Assembly: GCF_000981785.2 (NCBI RefSeq) | Contig: NZ_CP011304.1 | Coordinates: 1,950,001 to 1,982,000 of the forward strand | DNA length: 32,000 bases | From: Microcystis aeruginosa NIES-2549 | GTDB lineage: Bacteria; Cyanobacteriota; Cyanobacteriia; Cyanobacteriales; Microcystaceae | Reading direction: 5' to 3' | Shown here: one piece after another, positions 9,795 to 15,708 of the stretch | How positions within the stretch are numbered: position 1 is the stretch's first letter | Layout of the letters: each line of letters opens with the position of its first letter | Notes under the pieces: model-generated | What the model was told of the DNA's origin: nothing | What the model saw: the letters and a program-made list of their open reading frames with translations, nothing else | Databases searched by the model: none | Translations under genes and position numbers: made by a program

Positions 9795-10135
9795 TAGCAT
9801 CTCTAGCCTTAGTGTTGGCCAATTCTCAGAACTACCATCCTGCTTGCAAAGCACCATCTCTCCGATTTTTCTCCCGTTTACTTCACTATCATAGGATGGT
9901 CAACCTGAAAAAAGTTAGAAATGGGTGTTACTCCTAATGTCTCCTACCCCCAGCGGTTGTTAGTTTCCACTACCCCACCACTGTGAGTTCTAATGTTATA
10001 GAGACATCATAAGTGCAAGTTATAATTAATATAACCAAGAGTTATCTAAAGGTAGTAGTGAAATGATTACCTAAAATGTCGGATGAATACCCCCGCTACA
10101 TTTTTCGACAAGATACTTAGCAAAATTAGCGGGGG

Positions 10136-10399
10136 ATGAAATCCGACCAGAATATCAACGTCTCGACTCTTCGGCGTAGTTCAGAGGCCACTTCGCTCGA
10201 CGTTGAGTATAAACTAACAGGCTACAAACTATCTGATGAGCGACGTAAAATCAGATTTACTGACGGTTTTAACGCAGGAGAATTTGATTTATGGTGTAGT
10301 CAAAAGACATTAGTTTATTATTCAGAGCAACAGATTAAACGGGTAAGAATTGTTAGACGTGCTGACGGCTATTATCTAAAACTCCTGAGTCGAAAATAA
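10136..10399 (+). pseudogene. tnpB: tnpB (IS200/IS605-family OrfB) internal fragment
   Basis: The 87-aa ORF resembles the N-proximal part of TnpB (GYKLSDERRKIRFTDGF..IKRVRIVRRADGYYL) and stops before any RuvC motif. Upstream frames look degenerate (DEYPRY followed by stops). Confidence 0.6.
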
Positions 10400-10401
10400 A
10401 C

Positions 10402-11397
10402 TTAATTAAGTTTTCGATTGAACGAGAATGAATTAGTTGATGCTTGCTCAACATCTAACCAAGACTCGATTACAGAATTAACCACAGCAGCTACGCAGGA
10501 AATCGCTACACTATTACCCGTTAATTTTCGCATAGTTTGATAACTGCCGACAATTTGATAATCATCAGGAAAACCTTGTAAACGTAGCATTTCTCTTTCT
10601 GTTAAGCGTCTTTTCCCATCCACTAACAAATAATTATAGGATGCTCCTGCTCGCAAGGCACAGGAATAGGGATAAGCACTGACATTACCTCCTTTATTTT
10701 CGTGCCAGATAGTCGGTTCACTATAAGGTTTTTTTCCCTCTCTTTTCAGCAGGCGACTTTTTTGAATTTTTTCGGAAGCATAATAAAAATCCGAAACATT
10801 TTCCTCTAAGATTTCTGTTAAACTTGTTCTAGATAAAGCTGGTTTTGGCCAGATAAAATCTCTCGCTTCTCGGAAACCAACGATAAAAATCCGTTCCCGT
10901 TTTTGCGGTAAACCAAAATTAAGAGCATTTAAAACCCGATAATCGGTATAGTAATCTAAATCTTGCAGAGTATCGAGAATAACTTCTAAGGTTTTTCCCT
11001 GTTGATGTCCCTGCAATTGCTTGACATTTTCCAGAATAAATGCTGCGGGTTGTTTGGCTTTTAAAATGCGAGCAATCTCAAAAAATAGCGTGCCTCTGGT
11101 ATCGTCAAATCCCTTTAAATCACCACAAATACTAAAGGGTTGACAGGGAAATCCCGCCATTAAAATATCGTGATTGGGAATATCTAGGGCAGCAATTTCG
11201 GTAATATCTCCCCGGGGGTGGTCGTTAAAATTAGCCTGATAAATTGACCGAGCATCTTTATCTATATCACAGGAAAAAACACAATCAGATTCTAAGTTTT
11301 TTTGGCGACAAACTTGTTCAATTGCCAATCGAAACCCTCCCAAACCACAAAAGAGGTCAATAAAACGGATTTTTTTACTATCTTTCAGGAGATTCAT
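10402..11397 (-). CDS. dcm: DNA (cytosine-5)-methyltransferase, apparently solitary
   Basis: m5C MTase motifs: I FIDLFCGLGGF, IV GFPCQPFS, VI ENV, VIII QKRERIFIVG, X GNSVAI. The track start at 11451 is TTG, so I use the ATG at 11397 (MNLLKDSKKIRFIDLF). Confidence 0.9.
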   Translation of the reverse strand: MNLLKDSKKIRFIDLFCGLGGFRLAIEQVCRQKNLESDCVFSCDIDKDARSIYQANFNDHPRGDITEIAALDIPNHDILMAGFPCQPFSICGDLKGFDDTRGTLFFEIARILKAKQPAAFILENVKQLQGHQQGKTLEVILDTLQDLDYYTDYRVLNALNFGLPQKRERIFIVGFREARDFIWPKPALSRTSLTEILEENVSDFYYASEKIQKSRLLKREGKKPYSEPTIWHENKGGNVSAYPYSCALRAGASYNYLLVDGKRRLTEREMLRLQGFPDDYQIVGSYQTMRKLTGNSVAISCVAAVVNSVIESWLDVEQASTNSFSFNRKLN

Positions 11398-11443
11398 CGA
11401 TAGTTGAGATTGTGGTGATAGGGATATTCTCTTTGATTTTAAC

Positions 11444-11608
11444 TTATTCAACTTTCACCAAAGAGCGGACGGTAAATATTTCATTGGCTTGTAGGGGTTT
11501 AATCGCCGAAATTGGCACAGTAACTACTGAAATTGACTCACCGAGAGCGTTAAAAACCTCTAAAATTGCTCCCATTTCGCCATTGCTAGGATGGGGGATT
11601 AAATCCAC
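11444..11608 (-). pseudogene. Truncated DUF4926 paralogue (C-terminal half only)
   Basis: My own translation gives VDLIPHPSNGEMGAILEVFNALGESISVVTVPISAIKPLQ. This aligns with RPEGHEDGYVLEVLNNQGKAYTVIAVEVSKIESIQ of the adjacent gene. Only GTG (11608) or an internal ATG (11575) is available as a start. Confidence 0.45.
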
Positions 11609-11622
11609 TAAGAATAACAGAA

Positions 11623-11859
11623 TTATATAATTTGCAATTCATCCTGTTTAAGATTTTGAATCGATTCAATCTTGGAAACTTCTACAGCGATAACTGTATA
11701 GGCTTTTCCCTGATTATTTAACACTTCTAAAACATAGCCATCCTCGTGGCCTTCGGGTCTAGGACAATAATCCACGATAATCGCGTGAGTGCCACGAGAC
11801 AAATTAGATTCTGGCAAATCTTCAGTTAATTGAACTTCGGAAAACATATCAAATTTCAT
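11623..11859 (-). CDS. DUF4926-like small protein
   Basis: 78 aa. The pattern VQLTEDLPE..L.RGTHAIIVD....YVLEV.N..G.TY.V..V matches my memory of DUF4926. It lies 12 nt downstream of the DUF6883-like gene. Confidence 0.6.
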   Translation of the reverse strand: MKFDMFSEVQLTEDLPESNLSRGTHAIIVDYCPRPEGHEDGYVLEVLNNQGKAYTVIAVEVSKIESIQNLKQDELQII

Positions 11860-11871
11860 AGTCTAACTCTT

Positions 11872-12192
11872 TTAATCTGGTAATAAAGTCACAAATCTTG
11901 TTTCTTTCGTAAGTGAGTCGATAATCCAATAGGTAGAGACTCGTAAGTTTATCCCGTTCACCCCTTGTAAAAGTCCTTTAATTTCATAAATATCACCGAA
12001 CTTTGTTGGTTTATTTAAGGTGGCCTCGTTGAGAAGAATACGTCTTAAATCTTGTTCCAATACCTGCCAGTTGTCTAAATTATATCCCGCTTGTGCCAGA
12101 AAGCCTGATTTATCATCTTTGGGTTGTAAAACTAGCAAATACTGGGTTAATTTAGCTGGTGGGATTGTCGCATTGGGATTTAAATAAGGCAT
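11872..12192 (-). CDS. DUF6883-like protein (usual partner of DUF4926)
   Basis: 106 aa. The N-terminal KLTQYLLV.....DKSGFLAQAGY pattern matches my memory of DUF6883. Operonic with 11623..11859. Confidence 0.55.
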   Translation of the reverse strand: MPYLNPNATIPPAKLTQYLLVLQPKDDKSGFLAQAGYNLDNWQVLEQDLRRILLNEATLNKPTKFGDIYEIKGLLQGVNGINLRVSTYWIIDSLTKETRFVTLLPD

Positions 12193-12241
12193 TTATATTG
12201 TAATTTAGCCAATTTCTTTATAGACTTCTATAAAATAGATT

Positions 12242-12436
12242 TTACAGTATATACGGGCAGTATTGCCAGGCTTTTTCTTTGTCTAGGATTTGATCATTTT
12301 CAACTTCTTCGATGAGTTTTCCTAGTCCGTAATCCTCTAGGATTTCTTCGATTTTTTCAAATTCAGCAATGGGAATCTGAACAGCAATCGGCTTTTGATC
12401 TTTGTCTAATACATAGCTTTTGTTAATTTCTAGCAT
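12242..12436 (-). CDS. Small acidic antitoxin-like protein (hypothetical)
   Basis: 64 aa. A beta-strand-like N-terminus (YVLDKDQKPIAVQIPIAEFEKI) is followed by an acidic helix. Its ATG overlaps the stop of the upstream ORF (ATGCTAG). Confidence 0.45.
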   Translation of the reverse strand: MLEINKSYVLDKDQKPIAVQIPIAEFEKIEEILEDYGLGKLIEEVENDQILDKEKAWQYCPYIL

Positions 12437-12630
12437 TTGTTTCTCTCAATAGTATCATTTTCGCTATTTTTTGTCATGTTTTGGGCGGTATTTAACCGAA
12501 CTAATTTTCTACCACTTTTCCCTTGTCTCTCCCTCCAATCGGCGCAAATCGCTTTTATATCGTAGTTGAAAGACTTGGCGTGTTCTTCTCTAATCTTATG
12601 AATTTCTTCGAGTATTTCATCTTCCCACAT
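12430..12630 (-). CDS. Small conserved hypothetical protein (TA-associated type)
   Basis: 66 aa. WEDEILEEIHKIREEHAKSFNYDIKAI resembles a recurrent small cyanobacterial family. It lies between a PIN-like remnant and the 64-aa ORF with near-zero spacing. Confidence 0.45.
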   Translation of the reverse strand: MWEDEILEEIHKIREEHAKSFNYDIKAICADWRERQGKSGRKLVRLNTAQNMTKNSENDTIERNKC

Positions 12631-12633
12631 AGC

Positions 12634-12807
12634 TCATTCTCCCATTAACTCGTAAGGTGTACAGATTAGCGGTAATTTGTAGCCGAAATCCGCGCATATA
12701 TTGAGAAGTTTTTTCTGAATTTGAGCATTAGTAATATGTTTACAGTTCCATGTTAACAGATAAAAGTTGCGGACAGGATAAAGATAGCGGTATCTTTCTG
12801 TTAGGTG
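12634..12807 (-). pseudogene. C-terminal remnant of a PIN-like toxin gene (no start codon)
   Basis: My own translation gives ..YLLTWNCKHITNAQIQKKLLNICADFGYKLPLICTPYELMGE*. The frame is open only from 12807, has no usable Met, and abuts the Y1 transposase gene. Confidence 0.35.
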
Positions 12808-12845
12808 TTATATTCTACAAGTCCTCGCGGGGAAAAATACGCAAA

Positions 12846-13637
12846 ATGTCACGAGCAAAACGAGAACTAATCCCAGGCTATTCCTATCATATAACCATTC
12901 GCTGTAATAACCGAGAATTTCGCCTGACCCGTCTAGAATGCCGACAGGTATTACTCTACGCTATCAAAAAAGCGATCGAAAAGTACGGATTCAAACTCTA
13001 CGCGCTCTGTGTGATGAGTAACCATATTCACTATCTCATCGAACCGAAAGACGCGGAAGACTTACCCAAAATTATGCACTGGTTGAACTGGTACACCGCC
13101 ATGTGTTTTAACCGAATGCTGAATCGAACTGGTCACTTCTGGGAAAAACGCTATCACAGTAGCGGTTTTCCCACCACGGATACTAAGCGAGCGCTGAATA
13201 CCCTACGCTATATTCACGCCAATCCGAAGGCTGCGGGAGTCCAAGTCGGATTCTTCTACGATTTTAGCGATTACGGGGTCTATGACCGACTCGGAGACGA
13301 TGGCTTAACCACTTGGCATCCTGCGTTTTTGAGTCTGGGAGAAACCCTAGAGGAATGGGCGGCCAAATATCGCGGATTCTGCAAGAAATACCGGCCGCGA
13401 CCGAAACCGGAAACCCGCAACCACTGGGGAAGTAAGCTACTCGCGGGGATAAAGCCGAAGAAAAGGTCTAAAAAATCCTCTCCGGGCCAATTGTCTCTCT
13501 GGTGGGAGGAGTGGGAGGAAGTCACCCCAGAAATTCTCGCGGTGGCGGATCAGTTCGTTTTTGCCAACGCCTACAACCCCCGCGTCGCCGGAGACATACT
13601 ACAATCATGTCGCGGATCGGACCCGGGGCCTGGGTGA
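12846..13637 (+). CDS. IS200-like / REP-associated tyrosine (Y1, HUH) transposase
   Basis: YHITIRCNNREF, the HUH motif in MSNHIHYLIE, and the catalytic Tyr region LRYIHANPKAAG. I use the ATG at 12846 (MSRAKRELIPGYSYH). The 3' end overlaps the convergent ORF 13571..15175. Confidence 0.8.
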   Translation: MSRAKRELIPGYSYHITIRCNNREFRLTRLECRQVLLYAIKKAIEKYGFKLYALCVMSNHIHYLIEPKDAEDLPKIMHWLNWYTAMCFNRMLNRTGHFWEKRYHSSGFPTTDTKRALNTLRYIHANPKAAGVQVGFFYDFSDYGVYDRLGDDGLTTWHPAFLSLGETLEEWAAKYRGFCKKYRPRPKPETRNHWGSKLLAGIKPKKRSKKSSPGQLSLWWEEWEEVTPEILAVADQFVFANAYNPRVAGDILQSCRGSDPGPG

Positions 13638-15175
13638 GGTACATCGAAAACCCAGAAGAAATACAAAAACCCCCGACCCAAAAACCCATACCAAAACCCA
13701 AACAAAACACCCGAACCCCGACGTACACCCAAAAAACCAAAAACAGAACCCCGACGTACACCCAAAAAACCAGAGGGTCCAGGGAGGTGTCCTAGGGGTG
13801 CTTTTAGGTCAAAAGTAACATCCCTGTAGTATATCCAGCTATTATTCACTCGCCAGCCTACCCTATCTCCGAAAGCGTTCCAAACTCTTTCATTATACTC
13901 CCCCGTCCCACCGAGTTCGCAGTAGATTTTCGCCTGCACGGAAAAACCAAAGCGACCGCCACTATATTTAACCCATAATTGGTCAATGGTTCGCAAATCC
14001 TCGTAGGGGAAATTATCCATATCCTCTACCTGTAGCCATCCTTCTTTTGTGCGATTTACCTGTAGCATCACGACTCTTGTTTCCTCGTCCGCTTCCCTCC
14101 ATTGCTGCCGTTTTAATAAATCTTCTAAGTTCCGATAATCGATTCCTTTGGCGCTTTTAAGTTCGATTTCTGGCGGTGGTGCGGGTTTCGGGGTTTCTGT
14201 TATCGTTTTCGCCGACTCACCATTTATCGGTTCCGTTTTAGGGGACGGTGGGACGGGTTGTTGTGCTAGTTTCAGGGTAATCCGGTCATAAACTTTTAAA
14301 ACCTTCGGATTCGTGGGGTCTAAGGCTAATACTCGCCTCATTAACTGTTTTGCTTCTTCTAGTCTCCCGTCACCTTCTAAATCTAACGCTTCCTCTCGCA
14401 GTAACGCGATATCGGTGATAGTTGCTTGTTTCGGTAACAGAATCAGATGATTCTTGTAGTTTGGTTCGACGGTGGAGTGGGGAGTCTGCGGGGGTTTGTT
14501 GTATTGTCGGTTGATTTCCGGAACTCGATGGAATAGATGATTACAAAGTCTCTCCACCGTCGCGCAATTCCTTTCCCCCTCAATTCGCAAAGCCTCCAGA
14601 AGCGCGTAGGTAAACGAACTCATTCCCAAAGCGGGAATTTGATAGGATTCTTCCCCCGGACTACAGGAAGCGATGGTAATCACTCCCTGTTGGGGTTTTC
14701 CTCCCGCGGATTTATTGCCGAATCGCGTCTCGTTCCGGCAAGAGTCCAACAACAGAATGATATTATCCGCGCCGCATTTGCGTAAGCGTTGGGTGAGATA
14801 GGTGAGAGAAATGGTGGTATCTGGGAGCAATTGGGAGTGTCCATCGTGGGGAACGAGGTAATCCTGTTCCTGATGTCGTAATCCGTGGCCGCTGAAGAAA
14901 AACCAGAAGTTATCCCCCGTCTCCAACTGCGGGGACTCGAAAAATTCATGGAGGAAGATTTTTAAATTTGTGGCGGTGGGTTTCGTTTCTAGAAAAGTAC
15001 CGCTAGGCGTTTTAATGGAGTCAGAATCATCGGTAAAGAGGAAAACTTCGTCAAACTTGGCTTCTTCTTTACAATAGCGAAACATAGCCTTCGCGTCTTC
15101 GATGGCGCAATCTAGCTTGTTAAAGTGTCCCTGTTTATAGGCTGTAATGCCGATGATAAATGCCCAGTTCGCCAT
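13571..15175 (-). CDS. Orthocaspase (peptidase C14-like) - TPR - GUN4-domain fusion protein
   Basis: Caspase dyad contexts FFFSGHG and LLLDSCRN. A TPR-like helix pair (LEEAKQLMRRVLALDPTNPKV) and a Pro-rich linker. GUN4-like IDQLWVKYSGGRFGFSVQAKIY..VGWR..APLGHLP. The last ~70 codons are encoded by repeat DNA and overlap the transposase, so the 3' end is uncertain. Confidence 0.8.
   Translation of the reverse strand: MANWAFIIGITAYKQGHFNKLDCAIEDAKAMFRYCKEEAKFDEVFLFTDDSDSIKTPSGTFLETKPTATNLKIFLHEFFESPQLETGDNFWFFFSGHGLRHQEQDYLVPHDGHSQLLPDTTISLTYLTQRLRKCGADNIILLLDSCRNETRFGNKSAGGKPQQGVITIASCSPGEESYQIPALGMSSFTYALLEALRIEGERNCATVERLCNHLFHRVPEINRQYNKPPQTPHSTVEPNYKNHLILLPKQATITDIALLREEALDLEGDGRLEEAKQLMRRVLALDPTNPKVLKVYDRITLKLAQQPVPPSPKTEPINGESAKTITETPKPAPPPEIELKSAKGIDYRNLEDLLKRQQWREADEETRVVMLQVNRTKEGWLQVEDMDNFPYEDLRTIDQLWVKYSGGRFGFSVQAKIYCELGGTGEYNERVWNAFGDRVGWRVNNSWIYYRDVTFDLKAPLGHLPGPSGFLGVRRGSVFGFLGVRRGSGVLFGFWYGFLGRGFLYFFWVFDVPHPGPGSDPRHDCSMSPATRGL
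13713..13778. repeat. Two tandem 33-bp units inside an A/C-rich low-complexity tract
   Basis: gaaccccgacgtacacccaaaaaacca occurs at 13713 and again at 13746. The surrounding 13640..13780 is built from aaaaccc-like motifs. Confidence 0.85.
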
Positions 15176-15582
15176 TAGTCCGCAGTCGGTGTGTTTTTCT
15201 CGTCTCGCTTGAATTTTAGGGTTAATCCGCCTTTGGTGCCGGTCTTAATCCCCGTCCCTAACAATTTTACTTCACCCTCCCCGGTAATCTCTACGCAAAG
15301 CTCTACTTCATCGAGTTTAAAACCGGTTTGTTGGTTGACCTGTTTCTGTGCTTGATTGAAGACTTTGCCGATAAGCTGGAGAAAATGGGAAAGTTCTGTC
15401 TCTAGCTTCTCTATGCTCACTTTTACGCCACGAGTCGCAGCTTCGGTGATAGTTTTCCTCGTGTCCCAGGGATTGCGATAGGTGTCGTTTCCTTTCGCAT
15501 CTTCATCGACGGTGACGGGGGTATCTTCTGCGGTGATAATCCAAATGGTTTCTTCTGGCATAGCGCTCTCGTTTTTCGGCAA
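15175..15582 (-). CDS. Trypco2-like (trypsin-co-occurring domain 2 / CU044_2847-like) small protein
   Basis: 135 aa. N-terminal beta segment (IWIITAEDTPVTVDED), a central helix, and a C-terminal FKLDEVELCVEITGEGEVKLLGTGIKTGTKGGLTLKFKR pattern. TTG start with AAGGAG 5 nt upstream (alternative ATG at 15561). Its stop overlaps the caspase ATG (TAATG). Confidence 0.6.
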   Translation of the reverse strand: MPKNESAMPEETIWIITAEDTPVTVDEDAKGNDTYRNPWDTRKTITEAATRGVKVSIEKLETELSHFLQLIGKVFNQAQKQVNQQTGFKLDEVELCVEITGEGEVKLLGTGIKTGTKGGLTLKFKRDEKNTPTAD

Positions 15583-15649
15583 TGGTTCTCCTTTATTATT
15601 CTAGTTACCCATTGCTAACTCACCTATAGAGATAGGGGTTAATAGTCCC

Positions 15650-15673
15650 AAAAAAGGGGGTTTAAATACCCCC
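15650..15673 (-). terminator. Rho-independent terminator downstream of argZ
   Basis: On the minus strand: GGGGGT-atttaa-ACCCCC hairpin followed by TTTTTT, about 36 nt after the argZ stop. Confidence 0.65.
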
Positions 15674-15708
15674 AAAGCTCATAAGTTTTATGTTTTAGAG
15701 TATTGGTT

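Noticed and set aside
9737-9937. 66-aa ORF overlapping tRNA-Ala
   Set aside because: It starts inside the tRNA gene and has no recognisable protein features.
10090-10135. 9-bp-stem hairpin (cccccgcta ... tagcggggg) upstream of the tnpB fragment
   Set aside because: It could be an IS200/IS605 end structure. However, the loop is 28 nt, it lies within degenerate tnpB-like sequence, and no matching second end is visible.
11412-11630. 72-aa plus-strand ORF between dcm and DUF4926
   Set aside because: The opposite strand encodes a sequence clearly homologous to the neighbouring DUF4926 protein. The plus-strand ORF has no features.
9938-12700. Search for a restriction endonuclease partner of the m5C methyltransferase
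   Set aside because: All ORFs in the vicinity are under 110 aa and resemble TA-type or DUF proteins. No nuclease motif was recognisable.
12750-12845. N-terminal 32-codon extension of the Y1 transposase ORF
   Set aside because: The extension overlaps the PIN remnant on the other strand and adds no conserved sequence. The ATG at 12846 gives the canonical N-terminus.
13502-13818. Several 79-97-aa ORFs on both strands (Pro/Thr/Lys-rich or Gly/Phe-rich)
   Set aside because: They are generated by the A/C-rich low-complexity and 33-bp repeat tract, and they overlap two better-supported genes.
15613-15629. Possible att-like direct repeat of the tRNA-Ala 3' end (gctaactcacctatag versus gctaacctccatag)
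   Set aside because: Only 6 contiguous identical bases plus scattered matches. That is too weak to call an island boundary repeat without comparative data.
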